A DNA stretch of 64,000 nucleotides from Candidatus Babelota bacterium (GTDB lineage Bacteria; Babelota; Babeliae; Babelales; UBA12411), in assembly GCA_003511165.1 (NCBI GenBank), contig DOJW01000007.1, positions 148,324 to 212,323 on the forward strand, in the 5' to 3' direction. A program made the translations under genes and the position numbers. Below, in pieces: positions 48,070 through 56,381 of the stretch (positions are counted from its first letter, which is position 1; the number at the start of each line of letters is the position of its first letter). The notes beneath the pieces are model-generated. The model was not told the origin of the DNA. It saw only the letters and a list, made by a program, of their open reading frames with translations, and searched no databases.

Positions 48070-50708
48070 ATTTTCTTTTTTAATTCCCACAAAATATCCA
48101 AAGCTTGCCTTGGTGAGATTTCATCAAGGCTTATTTTTTTGATCTCATCAATTATTAAATTCTTTTTTGACAGTTCATTTTTTAGATAATTAATTTCATT
48201 TGCAAGTTCATCACTATTTTGATTAAAAAATGATTGTTGCAAATTTTGTTTTTGAAATAAATTTTGATCGAATTTGTTTTCTGCTATATCAAGTGCTTGG
48301 AGTATTTTGCCTGCACGTGAAATTATTTCTACTGGAAGCTGTGCAAGCTTTGCAACTTCTAGACCAAAACTCCCTTGCGAAAATCCCGGTATAATCTTGT
48401 ACAAAAATAAAATGCCGCTGTCTGTTTTGCGCGAAGACATATAATAATTTTGAATTCCGTCAAAGTGATCTTTGAGATGCGTAAGTTCATGATAGTGAGT
48501 TGCAAAAAGGCATCGAGCTTCTATCTTCTCATAAATAAATTCGACAACAGCTTGTGCAAGTGCAAGGCCGTCGTAAGTACTTGTACCACGTCCAACTTCA
48601 TCCAAAATCACAAGACTGTTTTTTGTAGCTTGATTGCAAATTGATGCAGTTTCTTCCATCTCTACCAAAAATGTACTTTTTCCTTCTGCCAAATTGTCGC
48701 CCGAACCAATTCGTGTAAAAATGCGATCCAAAATTGGCAAGCTTGCAGCTTTTGCAGGAATCAAACTTCCACACTGCGCCATGATGGAAATAAGCGCAAC
48801 TTGCCGCAAGTAAGTAGATTTACCACCCATGTTTGGTCCGGTGATAATTAAAAGCGATTCTTTATCAGTTAATGTCGTATCATTTGCAATAAATTTGTTT
48901 GAAAGTTTTTGTTCGATTACTGGGTGTCGCCCATCGGTTATTAAAATATTTCTACTTTCATTAAACTGTGGTGCGACATAACTATTGCCGTATGCTACCG
49001 ATGCAAAACTATAAAGTGCGTCAAGATATGAGAGTGCATGTGCAAGTTGACGAAGGTGTGGCAACTCTTCAAAAATTTGATTTTTTATTTTTGCAAAAAC
49101 TTCTGCCTCTACCGCATCGATTTCATTTTGCGCTTTTGTGATATCTCGCTCGAGCAGTGAAAGCTCTGGAGTGATAAATCTTTCTTTGTTACTCAGAGTT
49201 TGCTGCCGAATATAATCAGCTGGAACAAGATGTAAATTTGTTTTGGTGATTTCGATGTAGTATCCAGAAATTTTGTTGTAACTAATTTTAAGACTATTTA
49301 TTTTGCTGCGTGCAACCTCTTTTTGCTCAAGTTCTAAAATCGCTTTTTGTGCATTTATTGCTAAATCACGAAGTCGATCAAGCTCTACGTCAAATCCTAA
49401 TTTTATCAAAAAATTGTTTGTTATTTCTTGATTCAAACTATTTTGCAGCAAATTTAAAAGATCATTAAAATTACCAAGCTTTTCCGAAATAATTTTTATC
49501 AGATCAAACTGTTTTAAATTGGAAACTGTTTTTTTGATCGGATCGATTATTGCAAGTGAATCTTTTAGCGCAAGATAATCTTGAATCATTGCTTTACCAA
49601 GCGCAATACGACCAACAATTCGCTCAATGTCTGCAAGCGTTGATAACTGTTGCTCTAATGTCTGCAATGTTTGAACATCATTTGAAAGTGCAGTTACAAC
49701 TTCTTGGCGCTGCAAAATTGCATTTTTTTGAATAAGTGGCCGAGTAATCCATTTCTTAACGGTTCGCGAACCCATTGCAGTTTTAGCATTATCCAAAATT
49801 TCGAAAAGTGTATTTTTACGACCACCGTCAATACTGTTTTTTACAAGTTCAAGATTCTTTTGCGTTGCAGAATCTAAGATTAAAAAATCTTCTGGCTCAT
49901 AAAACTGAATCTGCTTAAACTGCTCTATAGATTTGTTTTGCGTTCGCTGCAGATAGCTAAAAAATAAAAAAATAGAATTTTGAAGTGCTGGGAAATAATC
50001 TATTTTTTTGAAATCTTTTTCACCGAACTGTGAAAGCAACCACTCCTTGTTAAACTGCGGACCAGCGATATCATCTTTTTCATTTTCAAAACTTGTAGGA
50101 CTTGTTGGATAACCTAACTTTTTGAAAAAACTATCGAAAGATGAATTTTTAAAATTGTTTGAAATTATTATTTCGTCTGGAGAAAACCGTGCAAGTTCGT
50201 TTTCAAGTGATCTAAAAGCTTCTTGTGGCAAAACGGTTGCAAAAAGTTGCGTCGTCAAAAGTTCGCCAAAAATTAAACCCCACTGATCTTGCATCGGATA
50301 AAAAGAAAAAAGATATGAGGCTGCCTTTTCGTCTAACATCAAAGAATCGGTAAGAGTACCTGGCGTATAAATTTGTGTGATACCTCGCTCGACTACAGTT
50401 CCAGGTTTTGGTTCTGTAAGTTGATCACAAATTGCAACTTTAAATCCACCTTTAATCAATTTGGTTAAATAATGGCGAATCGCATGAACGGGAATTCCGC
50501 AAAGAGGAATATCTAGACCTTTACATTTTCCACGCTTTGTAAGTGCGATGGCAAGAAATGATGAAACCGTTTTTGCATCTTCAAAAAATAGTTCGTAAAA
50601 ATCTCCAACTTGATAAAACAAAATTGTATCAGGATTTTCATTTGATAATTTATTTTTGATTTGAAAATATTGCTCCATCAAGGGAGTTAATTTTTCTTCC
50701 ATTTTCAC
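48066..50708 (-). CDS. mutS: DNA mismatch repair protein MutS
   Basis: TPLMEQYFQIK N-terminus, Walker A GPNMGGKSTYLRQ, DEVGRGTSTYDGLA, FATHYHEL; 880 aa. Confidence 0.95.
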   Translation of the reverse strand: MKMEEKLTPLMEQYFQIKNKLSNENPDTILFYQVGDFYELFFEDAKTVSSFLAIALTKRGKCKGLDIPLCGIPVHAIRHYLTKLIKGGFKVAICDQLTEPKPGTVVERGITQIYTPGTLTDSLMLDEKAASYLFSFYPMQDQWGLIFGELLTTQLFATVLPQEAFRSLENELARFSPDEIIISNNFKNSSFDSFFKKLGYPTSPTSFENEKDDIAGPQFNKEWLLSQFGEKDFKKIDYFPALQNSIFLFFSYLQRTQNKSIEQFKQIQFYEPEDFLILDSATQKNLELVKNSIDGGRKNTLFEILDNAKTAMGSRTVKKWITRPLIQKNAILQRQEVVTALSNDVQTLQTLEQQLSTLADIERIVGRIALGKAMIQDYLALKDSLAIIDPIKKTVSNLKQFDLIKIISEKLGNFNDLLNLLQNSLNQEITNNFLIKLGFDVELDRLRDLAINAQKAILELEQKEVARSKINSLKISYNKISGYYIEITKTNLHLVPADYIRQQTLSNKERFITPELSLLERDITKAQNEIDAVEAEVFAKIKNQIFEELPHLRQLAHALSYLDALYSFASVAYGNSYVAPQFNESRNILITDGRHPVIEQKLSNKFIANDTTLTDKESLLIITGPNMGGKSTYLRQVALISIMAQCGSLIPAKAASLPILDRIFTRIGSGDNLAEGKSTFLVEMEETASICNQATKNSLVILDEVGRGTSTYDGLALAQAVVEFIYEKIEARCLFATHYHELTHLKDHFDGIQNYYMSSRKTDSGILFLYKIIPGFSQGSFGLEVAKLAQLPVEIISRAGKILQALDIAENKFDQNLFQKQNLQQSFFNQNSDELANEINYLKNELSKKNLIIDEIKKISLDEISPRQALDILWELKKKI

Positions 50709-50814
50709 ACTATTTTTTAGAATTTTTTGGTTTATAAAAAGGCGCTAGATAATTTAACATTTTGGTTTAAAGAATCCAAGAAGGAATTAATCATTCCTTA
50801 CATTTATCCATATT

Positions 50815-51527
50815 TTTATTATTCTACTTTAAGTTTGTTTTTTAATTTTATTTTGTCAAAGATTCTACCCGCCCAGACTTCGCATAAAGCTTCGTCGGGT
50901 AAACTATGGGCCAAGGGCGCTCAAAATACAGCCCCCTTGGATCCCCAAACTAAAGAGAAATATCTTTGGAATCTCTGACGTGCAAAATTTATTTATTCTT
51001 AGTTTATCTTTTAATTTATTTTTATCTTTGGATTGCTACACGCAAGGTGACAGAGAGGATTATACGCAAAATCCTCTCTGTACTCTCCTATGCGCAAAAA
51101 GAGACTTTTGGATTTCCTTCAACGCAACGCTAAACTGTCTGGTCACAATTTCATTGTGCTGCGACAGTAGCCTTGCAAATAAGGATCCACAATAGATACA
51201 ATAGACCTCCCCTGAAACCAGACATAAAAAATCCGTTTGCCCTGAGCGAAGCCTTTTTATGGCGTAGTCGAATGGGTACAAACGGCATAATATGTATCTT
51301 CCTTTATTTTTCTAAATTTGAATTGTTGAAAAATTTAGAAAAACGTCTTAATGAGAATGTAAGATTCTGATCCAGCACTATCTGTTTGAGTCGGAGTACA
51401 ACGTAGTTGTATCCCGGCGAGTTTAGTGCTGTAGAGATTTTAAAGAAACCTCTTTAATGCGTGATTGCAAAGGGTGCGCATTCATCCTTTGCCCCCCTGC
51501 GGGAGCAGCCAGAAATAAAAAAATAGA
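50815..51527. repeat. GC-rich composite repeat island C (largest; contains A-type left modules, B-type internal modules and the 6228-6276 module)
   Basis: 50988-51018 is identical to 14410-14438. 50908-50980 is homologous to 14488-14560. 51085-51180 is homologous to 43350-43440. 51234-51282 is the reverse complement of 6228-6276. 51368-51497 is homologous to 14701-14830. Confidence 0.8.
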
Positions 51528-51649
51528 TAAAAGAAACAGAAGAAGAATTAGAAAACAAACTTAAAACAGAATGACGTCATAAATTAAAAATAAAGAAATG
51601 AAGGAAGAGTTAATTAACAAACAAAAAAAGAATTTAGATAAAACAGGAT

Positions 51650-51677
51650 TAAACAAAATAAAAGGCGAAACGCCTTT
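51650..51677 (-). terminator. Candidate terminator directly after atpE
   Basis: 6-bp stem aaggcg (51662-51667) / cgcctt (51671-51676). On the minus strand it is followed by ttatttt. Confidence 0.45.
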
Positions 51678-51683
51678 TTCTTG

Positions 51684-52637
51684 TCACTTCCACATCACAA
51701 ACAAAGCAATTACAAGAGAATAAATAGCAGATGATTCAATAATTGCTTGCGTCATTAAAGTATTTCGCAAAATCAAATTATAATTGTCTGGATTTTCTGC
51801 AATCATTTTACATGCCTTGGATGCAACATAACCAGTCGAAATACCAACTCCAATTGCACCAAATCCCATAGCAATCGCAGCAGCCAAAGAAGAAACAACT
51901 GATGTAAAAAGCAATGAAGAAGATTTGGAATAAATAAGCAAAAATGAAACTATAAAAGAAAAGATAACCGGCGTTTCGATAATCGCCTGACTAAACAAAG
52001 TAAATGGAAAAATTTTACTGTAAGCAGATTTATTTAAACCTATCGAATGACATGCACTTTTGACAAAAATTCCCTGCCCTATCGTTGGCCCAACACAACC
52101 AAATGCGATAACAAGTGCGGCAGCGAAAAGATGCATTCCTTGATAAAGTGAAATCGGATTAACAACAAAAGTTTTAATTATCAAAAAAATTATAAATGCA
52201 AAAATAACTGGTGCTTCAATAATAGATTGTGTAATCAACATAAATGTTGTAATTTTTTGCGCAAAATTGGGTTGACGAAAAATTGATTTGCAAGCTTCTT
52301 TTACCGCCATACTTGATGAAAATCCGACCACAGCCGCAACAAGCCCCATTGCAAATCCACTTCCAAATCTTGCAAGTCCAACTCCCATCGTTGTTGTATC
52401 TTTAGAAATATCAAAAATAGATAAAATTACCGCGACAAATGCTAAAATCGCACCACTTTCTGTTATACCAAGACCTATCATCAACGTTCGAAAGCCTGCT
52501 TCATGTCCCATTTTTTGCCGCTCTAAACCATCAAGTGCACCAAATCCACCAAAACCTTGACCAAAAGCAACACCTAAAGCGCTAAAGATAATTGCAAAAA
52601 TAGGACCTAAGTATGCTAGAATTAGAGGAGTTAACAT
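51684..52637 (-). CDS. atpE: F-type ATP synthase subunit c, four tandem fused c-hairpins (317 aa, ~8 TM)
   Basis: Four ~79-aa units, each with a Gly-rich helix 1, a polar loop (ERQKM / RQPNF / GLNKS / AENPD) and helix 2 with a conserved Glu (GITESGAIL, SIIEAPVIF, AIIETPVIF, AIIESSAIY). Lies immediately downstream of atpB with a 7-nt overlap. Confidence 0.8.
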   Translation of the reverse strand: MLTPLILAYLGPIFAIIFSALGVAFGQGFGGFGALDGLERQKMGHEAGFRTLMIGLGITESGAILAFVAVILSIFDISKDTTTMGVGLARFGSGFAMGLVAAVVGFSSSMAVKEACKSIFRQPNFAQKITTFMLITQSIIEAPVIFAFIIFLIIKTFVVNPISLYQGMHLFAAALVIAFGCVGPTIGQGIFVKSACHSIGLNKSAYSKIFPFTLFSQAIIETPVIFSFIVSFLLIYSKSSSLLFTSVVSSLAAAIAMGFGAIGVGISTGYVASKACKMIAENPDNYNLILRNTLMTQAIIESSAIYSLVIALFVMWK

Positions 52638-53491
52638 TTTTCTTCCTTTGTTAAATGCTCATCATCATGGGATCCATGAGCAAGAGCAACCGATAAGTAT
52701 GTTATAGCAAGCATCGTGATAACAAATGCTTGGATGAAACCTTCAAATACTCCAAAAAACATCTGCGCACCTGAAAGTAAAAAAATTATTAAAAAAGAGG
52801 TATAAAAAAAATATTTCAAAATTTTAATTTTAAAAAGATTAAACTTTTTGCTAAAGATCCAAAATATAAACAAAATCAAATATGTAAAAATAAGGTAATA
52901 CAAACTAAAGCCTTCAAATAACATTACAAGCAGGGAGTAAACAATCGCTCCACCTAAAATATTTCCAAACAACCGAAAAGACATCGAAACAACACTTGCA
53001 AGCTTGCCTACAACTTCCAAAGGAAGTAAAAAAGCAACAGGTTCTATAAATGTTTTTAGATAACCACGTAATCCTAAATATTTTATACTTTGATATTGAA
53101 CAAACAAAAAAGCACTTATGCCTAAAGCAAATGTTGTGTTTATATCAACCGTAGACTCTTTACAAAAAGGCAAAATACCTATCAAATTACAAGCCAACGT
53201 GAAGAAAAACATACTGCCCACAAACGCAAAATATTCATATTTAAAAAAGCCAATAGATTCCGCGCAAAGATCTGCTAAAAAAATAATAGCTTGTTGAAAT
53301 ATATAAGATGTAGGATGATTCTCTTTTTTCAAATAATGACGAGCTATCAATCCGCCACCAACAAGAAAAACCATCGCAATCCACGTATATAAAATTGTAT
53401 AAATATTTATTTCAAAAAAAGAATTTTTAACACCTAAAAAAGAAAATAAATTTACAGTTTCTTGCGGTTCTAAAACTTCAAATTTCATCAA
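52631..53491 (-). CDS. atpB: F-type ATP synthase subunit a
   Basis: Multi-TM, 286 aa, with the conserved stator Arg block SMSFRLFGNILGG. Confidence 0.85.
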   Translation of the reverse strand: MMKFEVLEPQETVNLFSFLGVKNSFFEINIYTILYTWIAMVFLVGGGLIARHYLKKENHPTSYIFQQAIIFLADLCAESIGFFKYEYFAFVGSMFFFTLACNLIGILPFCKESTVDINTTFALGISAFLFVQYQSIKYLGLRGYLKTFIEPVAFLLPLEVVGKLASVVSMSFRLFGNILGGAIVYSLLVMLFEGFSLYYLIFTYLILFIFWIFSKKFNLFKIKILKYFFYTSFLIIFLLSGAQMFFGVFEGFIQAFVITMLAITYLSVALAHGSHDDEHLTKEEKC

Positions 53492-53497
53492 AACCCC

Positions 53498-53800
53498 TTA
53501 CGGCTTAAAACTTTTATTTTTGAAAATGGTAAACAAAAGCATTGTCCAAAAAGAAATTAAATATCCTATAAATAAATAAATTAATGAAAAATTATATTTA
53601 GATATTAACAAATAAAATACCACCAAAAGCAATAAATATCGAAAGAAAACTCCAAAAGAAGAACTTAAAGCTTGAGTAAAACTATAAGAGAATTTTTCAG
53701 CTGAAAAATTGATAAGTTTTCGCTTTTCAAAAACAAATAAAAAACCAAAAACGAGGCCTACGATTAATCCCGCAAAAAAAGAATTTCCTACTATTCCCAT
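53498..53800 (-). CDS. Small hydrophobic protein in the AtpI position (ATP synthase protein I-like)
   Basis: 100 aa, 3-4 TM segments, directly upstream of atpB. The call rests on position only. Confidence 0.4.
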   Translation of the reverse strand: MGIVGNSFFAGLIVGLVFGFLFVFEKRKLINFSAEKFSYSFTQALSSSFGVFFRYLLLLVVFYLLISKYNFSLIYLFIGYLISFWTMLLFTIFKNKSFKP

Positions 53801-54054
53801 AAAAACTCCATATTTTTATTGCCATGAAAATTAAAAAACATCTTAACTCCAATAAAAAACCTCTGCAAGCTTCGTAAAACTAAAATAAAATAATTGGCAA
53901 TAAGCAAATTTAATATTTCAAAGTTTAAAAATTTTATAAAAAACAAAAACCGCATTAAACCCATAACAAAATCAATTTAATAAAAATGATTGAATTTCAA
54001 TTTGCATTATATGTAAAATGTACTTAGGGATTAAAAATAAAAAGGGGGAATAAA

Positions 54055-54354
54055 ATGGACTCTTTTAACAAGATAAATAAAAACTATTTTTTTAAAACAC
54101 TGTTTTTGTCAGTATTAATTTTAATAATTCTTGCTATAAAAATGCCTCATCAAAGCAAAGCGCTTGAGGGAAGTTGTTTCTATAGAAACAACAACTGTTC
54201 TATGAAATATGTAGAATGTTTTTGCAACTGTAATAAATACAAATTAGATGCAAAAGGAGTTTGTCCTAGATGTAGGCACCGACATAGCAATCTCCCTAAG
54301 ATTTTCGAAGCTAAAATAGAAAACAAAGAAAAGAAACCAAGAACTGAAAATTAA
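54055..54354 (+). CDS. Small membrane-anchored Cys-rich protein
   Basis: N-terminal TM (FFKTLFLSVLILIILAI), then CFYRNNNCSMKYVECFCNCNKYKLDAKGVCPRCRH (8 Cys, ending in a CxxC). Confidence 0.45.
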   Translation: MDSFNKINKNYFFKTLFLSVLILIILAIKMPHQSKALEGSCFYRNNNCSMKYVECFCNCNKYKLDAKGVCPRCRHRHSNLPKIFEAKIENKEKKPRTEN

Positions 54355-54379
54355 AAATATTCCAAAGAGAATCCTCTCC

Positions 54380-54421
54380 ACCGAGAAGATTAAATGCTAC
54401 AATCTTCTCGGTTTTGATTTT
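54380..54421 (+). terminator. Rho-independent terminator after CDS 54055-54354
   Basis: 12-bp stem accgagaagatt (54380-54391) / aatcttctcggt (54401-54412), followed by tttgattttt. Confidence 0.7.
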
Positions 54422-56322
54422 TAATCCATCGAAATATTTTCTAATAAATGCATACCTTCGCTTGTTCCTAGACAAATATTTCTTCCATCCACCGATATTG
54501 CAGACGAGTAAATATAATTTTCAGCAAAATAAAAACTTTTACATTTATCAACTTGAGAAAAATCTGGATTTAACAAACCTTTAAATAAAAAAACTTCACA
54601 ACCAAGTAAATTCAAAGTAAAACTACATTTTTCTAATGTACCCCTATGCCCAGCAACCAATAAAATTGTACCATCTAAAGATAAAGAGATCGTATCAACG
54701 GAAATAGGGAGTCGTTTATAAAAGGATGCACAATGTAACAATCCATCTTTAAAAATCCATTTTGTTATTTTATTACTATGACATGTAAAAAATAAACTTC
54801 CATCTGCATTAACTATAACCTTATCAATAACATCATTTAATAAAGTATCGTCATGCTTATCTTCAACTTTTAAAAAAACATCTCCTGTTTTTTGAGCATC
54901 AACTAGAGGAATATAATTTTTTCCATTCCAAACTAAAGGCATAATTTTTCCATGAAAAAAACCTACAACCAAAACTTTTCCATCTGCAGACATGCCAATA
55001 GAATTAGCCGGTTCATCATAATCTATAAATTGCAGTAAATCGTAAGTTGGCCCTTTTTCATTTTTTTTAAAAATACCCACGATACGCTCAAAAGGATTAG
55101 AGTTTGTTGCGAAAAAACCTACAATTAAAATGCTTCCATCTTTACTCAAGGCAATATCTAATTTACCTTTGTCTAAAAAATATTCTTTTTTATTAAAAAC
55201 AAATTTAGAAATCTCTTGTATTTTGATATATTTACCATCTTGCAAGAAAAATATATGAATATTACATTTGTCTGTTTCCACAATTAAAAAATGTTCATTT
55301 TCACTTATAGCTATACTTTTTACCCACCCATCATTTAATGCAATTTTTTGAAAAAATTTATATTCTTGCGCTGTCTTTTTTTTATAAATAAATATTTGTT
55401 GGTCCCATGATCCAGTAACAATTAAATTTGCATTTGACGTCATATTTACAACGTGCACATCTCTTAATCTTTTTCCTTGAATAACAACCGGATCAAAAAC
55501 TGTTCTAATCTCTCTCAGATGATCCAAAAAACCTTTAGCGCTAACTCCTGATTTTCTTAGTGAATCAATTTGAACATTAAGCCTTTCCTTACATTCTGCA
55601 TCTTCGCCTTCCCGAGCCTGTTTTTCATAATTTATTTGAAAAAAATTATTTATAAAACGATTTAAGTTTGAATTAGTTATTTGTGATTTTATTATATTAC
55701 AAGACCGTTCTATTACTGTAAAATTAAGTCCTTGCAAATATTTATTTAAAAATTCTTTTTTAACTAATACAAAATCACCAAAAGCATCATATAAAGAAAA
55801 CTCATAGAAATCTAAAATAGGAATAATCAAATCTAATTCTTTTTTGTTGATTGTTAATTCAAATGAGCCAGGTAAAAGTTTAAAATCTCTAACCAATGAT
55901 TTTGGAACAAAACAAATTTTGTCATCAGAAGATTTAATCAAACAATAATGAAAAAAGAACTTATTTAACACATTTTGTAATAAACTATTTTCGAATTCCT
56001 CAGCAAGGGATCTTAATATCGCAATATTAGATGCTAAAAAATTTTTATTTTCAACAAAAAATATGAATATATATTGCTGAATTTCGCTATAAGATAAATT
56101 ATCGCAAACTCCACAAATATTACCTAATACATCCTCTACTTTCTTAAAATCTACGTAAGTAATATTTATTTTCCTATTTTCATTAAAAAAACAATTTACA
56201 ATTTTAAAATCCACATCATAAATTCCATCAGCAAATTGAACTTTTGTTAATTCACCAAACAAAAAAGATTGGGCACAAAAATGGAAAAATATAAATAAAC
56301 AAAAAGCTCGTATTTTCATCAA
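54421..56322 (-). CDS. Secreted protein with an unknown N-terminal domain and a C-terminal 7-bladed WD40-like beta-propeller
   Basis: Signal peptide. Seven periodic blade-like units, e.g. LIVTGSWDQQIFIY, ISENEHFLIVETDKCNIHIF, SKDGSILIVGF, SADGKVLVVGFFHGKI, NADGSLFFTCHSNKITKW, SLDGTILLVAGHRGTL, SVDGRNICLGTSEG. Confidence 0.6.
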   Translation of the reverse strand: MMKIRAFCLFIFFHFCAQSFLFGELTKVQFADGIYDVDFKIVNCFFNENRKINITYVDFKKVEDVLGNICGVCDNLSYSEIQQYIFIFFVENKNFLASNIAILRSLAEEFENSLLQNVLNKFFFHYCLIKSSDDKICFVPKSLVRDFKLLPGSFELTINKKELDLIIPILDFYEFSLYDAFGDFVLVKKEFLNKYLQGLNFTVIERSCNIIKSQITNSNLNRFINNFFQINYEKQAREGEDAECKERLNVQIDSLRKSGVSAKGFLDHLREIRTVFDPVVIQGKRLRDVHVVNMTSNANLIVTGSWDQQIFIYKKKTAQEYKFFQKIALNDGWVKSIAISENEHFLIVETDKCNIHIFFLQDGKYIKIQEISKFVFNKKEYFLDKGKLDIALSKDGSILIVGFFATNSNPFERIVGIFKKNEKGPTYDLLQFIDYDEPANSIGMSADGKVLVVGFFHGKIMPLVWNGKNYIPLVDAQKTGDVFLKVEDKHDDTLLNDVIDKVIVNADGSLFFTCHSNKITKWIFKDGLLHCASFYKRLPISVDTISLSLDGTILLVAGHRGTLEKCSFTLNLLGCEVFLFKGLLNPDFSQVDKCKSFYFAENYIYSSAISVDGRNICLGTSEGMHLLENISMD

Positions 56323-56332
56323 ATCACTTACA

Positions 56333-56368
56333 ATAAAAAAGACCAGCTTATCACTGGTCTTTTTTTTA
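56333..56368. terminator. Bidirectional-looking rho-independent terminator after the OMP gene 56382-57686
   Basis: 7-bp stem agaccag (56340-56346) / ctggtct (56354-56360), flanked by an A-run and a T-run. Confidence 0.6.
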
Positions 56369-56381
56369 CTTTTTTTAAATT

